64,000 nt of DNA from IMG/VR virus record IMGVR_UViG_3300025122_005875; one strand, written 5' to 3'. The notes below the pieces were generated by a model. It was not told the DNA's origin, ran no database searches, and saw only the letters and a list, made by a program, of their open reading frames with translations. Numbering within the stretch: position 1 is the stretch's first letter; the number at the start of each line of letters is the position of its first letter. The stretch comes from an uncultured virus (IMG/VR IMGVR_UViG_3300025122_005875). Its lineage: Duplodnaviria > Heunggongvirae > Uroviricota > Caudoviricetes. Positions 16,901 to 26,300 of this stretch are shown in pieces. The position numbers were made by a program, and so were the translations under genes.

Positions 16901-18992
16901 AATTAAACTTCGATGGCGCGTCGTCGTCACCGAAGGGCAGCTGAGAAGATCTTCTTTCGGCGCCATTTGCAAACATATTCGCGATATCAATGCAACGATA
17001 TATACGCGGGTCTTCAACATTAGGCTGCTGTATCTTAAGATTATCCAGCTCATTGTAATGGGAGAGCCAAGACCCTCGAATAGTTAAAGGATTAGTATAG
17101 GGGGCTGAGCCCGTTACCATCCCAGTAATTTGATGTCCTCCGGCCGACGGAACAGTGCTCGGGTCAGTCACCGTTGTGAACGACAGTTCAGAATAAAGTG
17201 GAAAATCGCTAGGAACGTCGGGAGCCCAGACATCATTATCCTGAAATTGGAAGATATTTGCCTTCATTATCTCATATGTAAACATATCTATAATATTGCC
17301 CTCGTTTTTTCCTTCTTTTGGCTCGGCAGCTGCGCCCCAGCCGGCGGCCCATAAAAAGCCTCCGAGAGTATCATAAGGAGACACCCCTATATCGCCGGTC
17401 GATGGATCAGGAGGTGGAGGAGAAACACACTCAAGTTGTAACTCAATTTGATAGGGGAAAATTTCATCTCCCGCCGAATTCATGAACTCCATTACATTGG
17501 GCAGACTGCCATTAGGTTGTGGGCGACGATAGTTGTAAGGAATACCAATGTGCACATTAAACGCGTACTGCTCTTTCAGATCAGCCTCGGGCATAGTATC
17601 CATGGTCGGCATCAGGTTGGCCACACGATCCAAATAATTATTAGAACCAGGAGTCGCCCGGAGGAGGTCAAAATGTATAGGCAAGCCGACATTGACGTTC
17701 GAGTGGTAAGTAGAATACTTCTCATATGTTTGTTGCCCGATTGGCCATCGCGTTGTCGGCGCGCCTCCAGGCCGAAAGTTGGGAAACGGAAAAACGGGGT
17801 GTCCATCATTATCTCGTGTCCAACACATCGTTGTGTAAAAATTAGGAATGAGGCGCTCGCCCTGCCGGAAGCCGGTACCGGCTGAAGCTGGACTGTTTTT
17901 AAAGGCTTCCCACTTTGGATTATAATAATTATATTTCCCCGTCGCCTTCTTATAATTGGCGGTTTCAGAAGGAATCAAAGCGGACGGATCTGGTTCGTTA
18001 AAGGTGAAATAAGCAAAACATAAATCAAAATAAGATTCGGTGATCACAAGATTGGGTTGAAGTACTCCGTCGATCTGATCGTAGGCGTCATCTGTCACCG
18101 CATTGACGCCCCCCAAAATAACCGAAGCCCAGAGTCGATTATCCGAGCCGTCCACAAGCTGCATATATTCTGCGGGAAGAGCCGGAGCAATACCGCTATA
18201 TATTTCACTACCGCCGACGGCCCATTCGTACTGATTTCCAGCGATCGAGACCACAAGCTTTTCCGATCCTATCACAGGGAATTGGGGGGCAGAGGGCCCC
18301 ATAGACCATTCGTGGGCGGTGACACCAGCAGGGAGGGGCGTCCATGGATTTACAATAGCGCTGGGGTAAGTGGTGTGCTGTCCTGCATTCAATGCTAGAT
18401 CAATAAATCTATCTGCCGAAATGCCCGATACCTGAGTTTGTAAGGACGTAGAAGTCGAGTTATAATCATATACCCCATAAGGGCCCGGTGGCACCAAAGA
18501 CTCAAATTGTATAATGTCGAAAGGAATATCGGGAATCGGATTAAGATTATCGAGGCCCAAGGCTCCAAGGGATTGTACATCGGCCGTTTGGTTATTAAAA
18601 GTCAATGGACTCCCGAAAGGTTTGGCTAAAAAGCTCATTATCTGAAAGGGTGCTGGCGGATCGCTGAAGGCCATAGAGCCATTAACAAACCCCCAGTATC
18701 GCCGCATAGTAAATCTAAACCAATCAGGTAACGGCCCATCATTAAGAAAGAACGGGAAGTCACTTCCCACGACTCCGACGAGGCCAGATGCATGAATCGC
18801 CGGGTGACGGAGAGCGGCGACGGCATCATCCCAATTCTCGCCGATCGTGGCATAGGCTTCGGCTGCAACGTCGAAGGAAGGCGCCAGACCGAGGATTTCC
18901 CAATTATGTCGATACATAGCCGGCATGCCAATGAGATAATGATTCTCTATCAGCTGCTTAACAAGATATTTCCTTGGTGTTCCAGAACCCAT
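13974..18992 (-). CDS. Large Pro/Gly-rich putative virion protein
   Basis: 1672 aa with two FN3-like strand motifs (YIDTQVFFNKAYYYKV; FLDSIEPNKEYYYCFRT) and a Ca-binding-type DSDGDGIPD. Confidence 0.6.
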   Translation of the reverse strand: MGSGTPRKYLVKQLIENHYLIGMPAMYRHNWEILGLAPSFDVAAEAYATIGENWDDAVAALRHPAIHASGLVGVVGSDFPFFLNDGPLPDWFRFTMRRYWGFVNGSMAFSDPPAPFQIMSFLAKPFGSPLTFNNQTADVQSLGALGLDNLNPIPDIPFDIIQFESLVPPGPYGVYDYNSTSTSLQTQVSGISADRFIDLALNAGQHTTYPSAIVNPWTPLPAGVTAHEWSMGPSAPQFPVIGSEKLVVSIAGNQYEWAVGGSEIYSGIAPALPAEYMQLVDGSDNRLWASVILGGVNAVTDDAYDQIDGVLQPNLVITESYFDLCFAYFTFNEPDPSALIPSETANYKKATGKYNYYNPKWEAFKNSPASAGTGFRQGERLIPNFYTTMCWTRDNDGHPVFPFPNFRPGGAPTTRWPIGQQTYEKYSTYHSNVNVGLPIHFDLLRATPGSNNYLDRVANLMPTMDTMPEADLKEQYAFNVHIGIPYNYRRPQPNGSLPNVMEFMNSAGDEIFPYQIELQLECVSPPPPDPSTGDIGVSPYDTLGGFLWAAGWGAAAEPKEGKNEGNIIDMFTYEIMKANIFQFQDNDVWAPDVPSDFPLYSELSFTTVTDPSTVPSAGGHQITGMVTGSAPYTNPLTIRGSWLSHYNELDNLKIQQPNVEDPRIYRCIDIANMFANGAERRSSQLPFGDDDAPSKFNCFLGQTDIGLIGKWKQTPPIGHMPGRDINSHSLFAAGAMSSADFVNFYPEWLENIPTGPLAGMDSEAIVNYVIATIATWSLRHIRTYEEIIGGKMGITDPLCYKIDKYEYDMSTETLGDYVQSIYVPHVGPGTPASGGGIDPIFKYIDTQVFFNKAYYYKVSCYSIGIGNQYSYRDPAVVNPPQPNPWPHRLWPILFGDRMDRHTTLAGLPTPVFGQNAPGQLGLNFLAGVEGDYTPGLHNPHVVSPPDPADEWGVSNQYLLSSERTYYPCINKNNPFLGTGIYLDSDGDGIPDVDEVSDPYPQYHDDYGDMNVQAQQANAYSGGGTHAGGGSGMSTQYTVYGAAQTEKRNQTSMASYYDTDEGTYGHHATGTDDAGSTQQFPATTAEPFESTYADPDKGPDFVVKKKEPPCVTNAFYIPPNDILDKSYPLMFDLKVTGPPAGAVGSPPLPGHAYEITVPITMDIGYLPVATYGENMMDADKFAEELERQLNDAIDLYYAEPFDDVLFPGDPPGVGLTTLERRANYFTVRVLPYGGSPPDPLAMDPTASTPNDKCRFVIVRNQALHWWWQNGFGNNAGTDGGMPFMNMLAAFGQSSVGCDCSSASKQWPTYYNLQANYGGTFTDTSAPGYSSYAATLRENFKTFFDIGGQLSTNPLDEINMCDVRFMSYDGMHGYSPAPHLNWDESIVAEALGSVTVDNFSCLKIIEMPYTTIGPVLVTDLPPVYPNTEFFPLVGNATKMKILFAQPHYQKTLMPIGINDGDMAAFDAIRAAQGRPADGPILFGSDDTHIKFQVFRVDQVPTSYNDFAGHMIESLDTVTEGGYDIESATFLDSIEPNKEYYYCFRTEDKNGYLSVPTPVTKVMMVNDNGRIFPVIENYQMKSLVSRSMKIPFRRYLEIDTSFQEADIDTTGLTSAGDPLTAPVGISVGENLFTPPGAPVENKVKIRITSKDTAKKIDLNLNFKMESIPNPKIEDI

Positions 18993-21900
18993 TAGTAGTT
19001 ACCTGTTGGTCCTCCAGAACCGCCCGAGTCGTCGTCGGTCGTAGAGCGCGATTGCATAGGCGTATGAGATAACTCCACTTGACTGCGTCCAGAGTTTCTT
19101 AATCGCTTCCTAGTGGAGGCACCCCGACGAGCCCACTGACGATAGGGGGATAGTGTGTTCGCCTCATAATCAATTTGTGAGCCAGGGATTGTAGAAAACA
19201 TAAAAAGGTTATTTTCTCTATTTGATGAAAACTGTTGTTTATTTATACCAGACATTATACTAACATTTAAGCCTCTAGCTCCCAAATTAGCCACGGGGTA
19301 TGGCCGTGTAGCCATGGGCGCTTCGGATCCTAAAATAAAATAATTATCATATGCCGAGGCATCCAGGCCCTTATAATCACTAAAAGCGGTGGAGGGCTTA
19401 ATAAGACGACAAAAGAGAGATCTACCAGTGGCACTAAAGTTTTCTAATGTGCTACGCGTGAGATTTACCCAGACTGGGTCAGATAACTGCAGTTCGCCGC
19501 CAATTCGAGAAAACCCAGCACAATATTGAACGTTTCTTACTTCCCCATACTTTAAATAAAATTCTACGATATCTATCGCAGTAACGGCGCCTTTCAAACG
19601 ACGTAGGTATTCCATATGCTGCGGCGCAAATTTATAAGAGAAAGGAGATTGTCCAAGGAGCATCTGGCGCATGAGGTCTTGTGGTTCGCCGGCGGCTTTT
19701 TGAGATTCTTCTAATAGGCGGCTCTCTAGAGTGGCAACAGTGCTTTCTTTCGACTTAAAAACATTGATATCTGTTATATTTTTGACCGGTATATCCTTCA
19801 TATCGCTCACCTTATCAAAATAATCTGTTTGCGTCAAATAGTAAAGAATATGGTTGCTGATCTTGCTTATCTCATCCAAGTATTCTTGATTGGGATCATT
19901 ATTCTGCATATTATATAAAAAATCTATTAATCCAATGTCCCTGTCTCCTTTTGTGATAAAGGGCGACGCCATCGACATTTTAATTGACGCGTCTTCTGTT
20001 TCATTAGAAGCTTTTCCTTTATCTTTATAGTATTCTCTCGGTTTAATATCATCCTCATCAATTCGAACAGTACAGCTTTCTAGTGCCAGAAGACGTAGAT
20101 TGTTTCTAATGCATCGAATCTCCCAAGACGGGAGGCCAGTTTCCGATTGATCTACTATAGTAGAAAACTGTGCATAATTCTTTTCGGGGGCGGCACATTG
20201 AGAGGCTGCCAATAAAGTAGTAGCTACTACAGAATTATTTTTGAAAGAATCTGGTAAAGTCGAATTCACCGCGGTCGCTTTCCCGTCCATCGAAAAGTAG
20301 CGGGGACTTAAAGATACACCATTGGTGAGAGACCCAAGTGAATAAGATTCCGGTAATGTACCCAAGATATCATTAAGACGGTTATAAGATATAACGCGCA
20401 AAGGTGTATAAGAATCTGTAGATTTATTTTCGATTGTCGAGGACAAGTAATCGAAACCGTCGTCTCTATAGTCCCGGGGATCAAAGCGCGCATCAAAATA
20501 GTGCTTTATCCTAACAAAGCGCGGAAAATCATCCATTTTACTTACGCGCGTTCCCTTTCCATCATCGGGGATTGTGGACAGGAAGGTGTCAGTTCCAATA
20601 AGTTGCTTAATCTGGGAAGTGAGGCTGCCAATTATTTCGATTAAACGAGAGATTCCTGCAGGGCCATTGTCAAAGGGATTAGTAAAAGAGTAAATATTCG
20701 TTGCTAGGAGCTCGGGTGTAGTGTTAAACTCAGCTTCTATTGACTTACAAAACAAATTTAAGGCAGACAGATAAGCATAGATGGCATTCACCCAGATTTT
20801 ATCTCCTTTGGGAGTTCGATCCAGCACCCCTTCAAAATTTGGTGTTATACGACGTGTATTACCGTCATAGTTATTAAGCTGTTGTGACTTAAGATAGAGA
20901 GCCCTAAGCTGCGATTCTATACTAAGGAGATTGTAAGGAGGCGCATTTAACACCCCCTTAATTTTCTCAAAAGTCATATCTTGAAAAACTAATTCCACTC
21001 CATATGCATAAATACCAGCAGACAAATTTGGCCCCTCAGTGTCCACAGCGGACATAAACATTGTTAGAGGAGAGGGCATAAGGCTTACCACATCAAGTTC
21101 ACGTGTTACCACAGTCTCCCCCTGCTCAAAATCCAAAGAGATGCCGCGGATCGTTAGGGGATTATATACATCCTTAGTTAATTTTCTTTTACGATAAAGC
21201 TTCGCACTCTTTAAAGTAAAAGATGAAGCGAGCGCGGTTCTGTTCCTTAACACATGAGCTAAGGAGCCCCTATCTTTAAAAAATTGATCCTTGTTAAATG
21301 CAAAAAGAATAGGAAAACCCTCAGTGCCGGTGCGACCACCCACCAATGCTGTTTTAGTACCATATAAAGGAGAAAAATAATTACGAGAGTTAGATTGATA
21401 TATCTTCATCACCTGTTGAGGATCATAATTTTTCTTTTCAAAATTTATTTTTTCTTCTACCGTAGATAAAAGTTGTTTAAAGAGTTGTTTGTTCCAGGCG
21501 CTGCTATAGGTTACCTTTAAATTAGGCACCTCTTGCGCAGTCAGTCGCGCCCCCGTGGCGCCAGGGGGAAGGCCCGTCTTATACCAATCCCCTTGTGAGT
21601 TTTGATATGCATCCCCCATATAAATATCTGACATCGACGTGTTTGTAAATAGCAGTATATTGGACTGCGCCGCCGACATCGCCGGGGCTACCGAGAGAGT
21701 ATCCATAGCAAACATAGAGCTCATCATCGTGCCAAAGGTTTTATCATAGAGAGAATTATAGAGACCCACAAATAAAAACATGTGCCGCGAGTGGGCTCTT
21801 AACTTAAGTTGGAAATTTTTATGATAAACATATCCATTAGGGCCGCGGACCCAGCGTTGACCATAGCGCGCACCGAGACTATCTACCTGGCAATAGACGG

Positions 21901-22234
21901 CCGACGCGGGTTGGCCGCGGCCGGCGCCGTTGGCAAACGGGGCAGCCGATTTAATATCTTCCTTGGAAGCACTTCTTTTGCCCCCGGCGCCCAAAGCTGT
22001 ATTATTAATATATGTCATTATAGAGCTTTGGTCTGACAAAAACTTTTCAGTTTCCGCTGGATGCGTGGTTAGTAAACAAAAGATTTTTGAAGTACTAAGT
22101 GATGGGGCCGACTGTCGGGCACGACCACTATATATTCCCACGCTTATATCTAGAAGAGGGCCGCTAGGGCGGCCGCCTATATTTACGTTAGAAATATTGA
22201 TGCCATAAGGGCTTCGACCAAAGTTAAGTTTCAT
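18992..22234 (-). CDS. Large hypothetical protein in the structural block
   Basis: 1080-aa ORF coupled to both neighbours; no recognisable motif. Confidence 0.6.
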   Translation of the reverse strand: MKLNFGRSPYGINISNVNIGGRPSGPLLDISVGIYSGRARQSAPSLSTSKIFCLLTTHPAETEKFLSDQSSIMTYINNTALGAGGKRSASKEDIKSAAPFANGAGRGQPASAVYCQVDSLGARYGQRWVRGPNGYVYHKNFQLKLRAHSRHMFLFVGLYNSLYDKTFGTMMSSMFAMDTLSVAPAMSAAQSNILLFTNTSMSDIYMGDAYQNSQGDWYKTGLPPGATGARLTAQEVPNLKVTYSSAWNKQLFKQLLSTVEEKINFEKKNYDPQQVMKIYQSNSRNYFSPLYGTKTALVGGRTGTEGFPILFAFNKDQFFKDRGSLAHVLRNRTALASSFTLKSAKLYRKRKLTKDVYNPLTIRGISLDFEQGETVVTRELDVVSLMPSPLTMFMSAVDTEGPNLSAGIYAYGVELVFQDMTFEKIKGVLNAPPYNLLSIESQLRALYLKSQQLNNYDGNTRRITPNFEGVLDRTPKGDKIWVNAIYAYLSALNLFCKSIEAEFNTTPELLATNIYSFTNPFDNGPAGISRLIEIIGSLTSQIKQLIGTDTFLSTIPDDGKGTRVSKMDDFPRFVRIKHYFDARFDPRDYRDDGFDYLSSTIENKSTDSYTPLRVISYNRLNDILGTLPESYSLGSLTNGVSLSPRYFSMDGKATAVNSTLPDSFKNNSVVATTLLAASQCAAPEKNYAQFSTIVDQSETGLPSWEIRCIRNNLRLLALESCTVRIDEDDIKPREYYKDKGKASNETEDASIKMSMASPFITKGDRDIGLIDFLYNMQNNDPNQEYLDEISKISNHILYYLTQTDYFDKVSDMKDIPVKNITDINVFKSKESTVATLESRLLEESQKAAGEPQDLMRQMLLGQSPFSYKFAPQHMEYLRRLKGAVTAIDIVEFYLKYGEVRNVQYCAGFSRIGGELQLSDPVWVNLTRSTLENFSATGRSLFCRLIKPSTAFSDYKGLDASAYDNYFILGSEAPMATRPYPVANLGARGLNVSIMSGINKQQFSSNRENNLFMFSTIPGSQIDYEANTLSPYRQWARRGASTRKRLRNSGRSQVELSHTPMQSRSTTDDDSGGSGGPTGNY

Positions 22235-23352
22235 TAGTCACAAATATCCTCTTCTGGGGCATACAGGTCGCGTATAATGAAGTCCCGGGTACTTACGACC
22301 TCGCCGGTTTCACTATCCGTCACCAACTGTTCTATATCTTCAAACGATCCACGCTGGAGAGAAATCCCCGGTATAGATGCATCTGTACGAATAGTTAGGT
22401 AATTTCCTACTTCATCAGATTCGTAATGAGGGGCATCTGGGTCGGCAAAATAAAGTTGCATTGGGTTTCCATAGCCGTCGTCGAAGGCGGCGCCACTTAT
22501 AAATACCTCAATTTCAAAGTTCTCTTTCGTAAATCGAGTATTGAGTTCTAACAAATCAATAATAATCTTACCATTTTGGATCGCAAAATAGGTGCCGTCC
22601 GAAAAAACTTGGGAAGCAATACTTTCAAAATCTTCCGGTGGGATATCTCCCGTCACATTGGGAATCGGTGTATTGTCGGGTAAAGGAAAGGTAATATTAT
22701 TATAATCCGCGAATTGGGCGTTAGAAGCCAGGGGAGAGGGAACTTCCAGTTCCCCCACATACAAATTATATTGTAGATTTACGTCAATTTGAGGAACCTG
22801 TTCGTACCTAATTGAATCCGGGCCGGCGAGAGGATCAACTTTATGACGAGGGGAGATAAGATAATTTGTCGAAGATGTTATTTCCCCCCTAAGCATTGTA
22901 AGATTCCAAGCAGGATAATACTTGGACGACAACTCTGAGCTGGCCAGGGGCAATGACAGAAAATCAAATTTATCTCCATAGGGCTGTAGATGTTCTTGAT
23001 TGTAAATTTTATTGATGCCGTTCACCGGATCTTGAATAACGAAAGGAGGGTTGGGGCCATAACCGAGCGCGTCGATGGCGGCGCGGATTTCATTAGTTTG
23101 ATACGCTCCCAATGTACCAACCCCCAAAAAAGCAGTAGGACTTTTCATGTACGGCGTACGCTCTTGAATGCGTCCCTCAATAGCGTTTTGAGACTCTTCC
23201 ATTGTAGACTCAGCCCATTTACAATCATAAATGATATCGTCATCAAAGAAAGCATAATACTGAGGGTCCCAGTCCCCCTGCGAAAGCGCATAGCGTCCAA
23301 ACGGAGTGAGCACAATGTCTATTACCTCTTCTTTACTATTAAAAAATTCCAT
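22234..23352 (-). CDS. Virion structural protein
   Basis: N-terminal IDIVLTPFGRYALSQG...YAFFDDDIIY is homologous to the start of 13002-13937. Confidence 0.65.
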   Translation of the reverse strand: MEFFNSKEEVIDIVLTPFGRYALSQGDWDPQYYAFFDDDIIYDCKWAESTMEESQNAIEGRIQERTPYMKSPTAFLGVGTLGAYQTNEIRAAIDALGYGPNPPFVIQDPVNGINKIYNQEHLQPYGDKFDFLSLPLASSELSSKYYPAWNLTMLRGEITSSTNYLISPRHKVDPLAGPDSIRYEQVPQIDVNLQYNLYVGELEVPSPLASNAQFADYNNITFPLPDNTPIPNVTGDIPPEDFESIASQVFSDGTYFAIQNGKIIIDLLELNTRFTKENFEIEVFISGAAFDDGYGNPMQLYFADPDAPHYESDEVGNYLTIRTDASIPGISLQRGSFEDIEQLVTDSETGEVVSTRDFIIRDLYAPEEDICD

Positions 23353-23362
23353 AGTTTACCTC

Positions 23363-26300
23363 TTACCTTAGCAAAGCCAATGCCTGCTGGGCCTGGGCGG
23401 CGGCTTGGGACCTGGAGGCGTCCTGGGCCTGTTTTTGCTTTTCGGTTAAATTTTTCACCTGGTTAGAATCATATACAGCTCTATACATATCAAGCTTCGA
23501 GGCTCCAGAAGAGAGTTGCATACCCTGAGCGGAGCGGCCGTTCGACTGGTGCAACATAGCGAGGTTGGAGTCGCTGTGCTGCTGCTGCAGCATCTGTTGC
23601 TTCAGGTAGGCGAGATTCGCAGCGCCGCCGCCCTTTGACTGCAACTTGGATGTCATCCCGGGCGCCCGCGTTGGATTGATCGCTGCGTTGTGAGACAAGA
23701 TTCCATCACTAATATAAGTATGAACGTTATCCACTTCCATATTATATACTTCGGCTGACCCTTCAAATATCTCAACCGATTCAATAACATCGTCTCTTAG
23801 TTCGCCGTCTTTTAATACCCATGTGTGATCGCCCGGAGAGGCATCAGAAGCAGCTAATTCCCAAAATGCCGCAGAGTTACTCATAATGGGGTGGTCAAGA
23901 GAGCAACCTAATTCAAACCCCTCTTTCGTTCTGATCTTACACCACCCATTAACGGTGTTTGTAACAGTCCCAAGTACTTCGAAATATCCCATCTCAGAAG
24001 TATTAAAATTATGACTTAACACTTTGGCGCCAACATTTATATCTTCTACAAGCACTGGGCCGGCCGATGTATCGATGTAAGTACCCTTCACGACACAGGC
24101 GAGACCAACAGGGGGTATGTGGATGTCGATCACATCACCAGAGGGCGTACGAGCAAGGTGAACCAAATCGGTTTCTTCCAGGGCTTCCGGGTCTAGTTCG
24201 GGGCACGGGGCGGTACTAGTGTCCCCTCCTTCCCATGTAATAAACTCTTCTAATTTAATTAGTTCAACTATAGATAACCAATCGTACGGCCAATTATAAG
24301 TATATTCAGTGCGTACGTTATCAGGAATATTACGCAACGAAAAGTCTCCTGTCATATTTCTAAGAGTATAATTGTGAGGGGCGCGCTGCTTCACCTTGAA
24401 CACAAGCCAGCGTAAATCCTGGCGGAACTTTCTCGTTGATTTGTTGAGCAAATTCAAGCCATGGAGCTGGTGAGTTATAGTTTTGGGAGCGGGAAGTTCA
24501 TAAACATCTTTCTTTGTTGTGTCCCTAAAAGCTTTGGGAAGCACATTCTGTGCAATATCACCCAAATCTTTCTGATTCAGTGTTATATCATACTCAAAAA
24601 TATACATTGAAATGGAAGAAACAACGGGATGGTGTACCCAATCAAAGTTAGGTGGAAATACGTATGTGTCTAAACTAACAGCAATTTTCTGGGCGGCAGG
24701 GGATGTCGAAGGTAATTTATAAAACTTTCTTCTTCCATCGCGGCCCGTAATAAATGGAATAGCCACAATTGCCTCACTTATCTTCAGACTCTTCCTCACG
24801 TTGCCAATTGATTTCCGCACCCCTTCTTCAAACCCGACAGCGGATGCCAACGACTTAGGATTCACTAGCCTACCGTATTGTGGTGACACCACAAACTCGG
24901 GTGTGCCAATCTCCACAAACACTCCCTGTGACCCTGTGCATGCTAGTCCATATTGATGCCACATACCGCGTGTTTTAACAACTTGATCAGCGTTTTGACC
25001 AGTATAGGCAATAGCCGAAGCGGCGGAGGCACCTTGTGTGGGCGTACAAGGGAAATGGAATATTGGATATTCCCATTTGGGAGATATCGCCCAATGATCA
25101 TCAACTTGAGTTGTGCCTGGAATTTGACGAGACACCACAGATCTCATATTAAAACTCTCTGATACCTGTTGAGCAAACCAATAACCCATCGCTGCCTTAC
25201 TATAGGCTGGGGTTTCTAATGATCTCTCATATGTAAACTCTGCCTCCGATACAAGAGAGGCAAGGGTGGGATTATCATAGGAAGCGGTCACACACATCGT
25301 CACAGAAGAGGTCCCGTACATATAGGCAGGCGTATGGGGCGCGTAAGAAGCACTATATACCTTGTTGCTACCACCGGTTAGTTCGTCACTAAGAGCAACG
25401 GGAGTACCAAAGGCCCACGGTGAGCTATAATTTTCAAAAGTTGCGGTGTCGGCAGTTCCGTCGGGTAACAGAGTTCGGTTAAAAGTGAAAGTTAATGCTA
25501 AAGCCTCTCCCTGCTTAATATTTTGGGTATTAATCGCGCTAGCAGGGGAAGAGAAAAATACTGGTCGTTCATCGGGGTCTATAAATATATTTTGAGCAGC
25601 CGCCAGGAATTGATCGATTGCTAATTCATACAAAGGTCCCCGCGTACCGTTCCAACGCAGGGAATTGCGAACGTGTGTCCCCGCCGAGCTTGCCGATAAA
25701 CTCGCTGATGCTATACCAGTATCATACATGATGCCCGTTTGCTCTTTGGAACCACTGATGGTTAAGGCAGTAAAATAAGATGCCGGCTTATACAATCCTT
25801 CAAAAGGAATTCTTTGAGGATTATAAAAATTTTGGCCGGCCGACTTATCTATAGAACAAGAGAAAATGCTGCCGCGGCCGTGATTAATAACATAATCTTT
25901 CAAAATATTATTTACGCTATTAACAGCATGTGTTGATCCCATCGGAGTCTGCACCGTGGCGGGCCCTTTGATTCCAGGAGCACCGGCCACATCTGGAAGC
26001 GCGACGCCGTCATCCAAACTCGTATTATCACCCGTTAAGATATATGTACCCACCCCAATTCCTGACTTAATTGAATTTAGCATGAGGGCCTGCCATGGTT
26101 CAAGAAGCGTACGCCAAGCTCCTTTCCAAGTTGGCCTTTTCTCTACATAGGGGCCAACTGAGGACGAAAAGAGGGTGCCTAACTCATTCACCACATATTC
26201 AGCAGGATAAAAGTTTTTATAAGGAAGCGGCTTTATAATTGCGCTGCACTGCAGTCCAAATTGTGTTTTCATCAAAGTAGTGCCATCGACCAGCAGCGTC

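Noticed and set aside
23687..24097. Canonical mobile intein
   Set aside because: There is no homing endonuclease, the +1 residue is Ala, and it is not inserted in a conserved enzyme motif.
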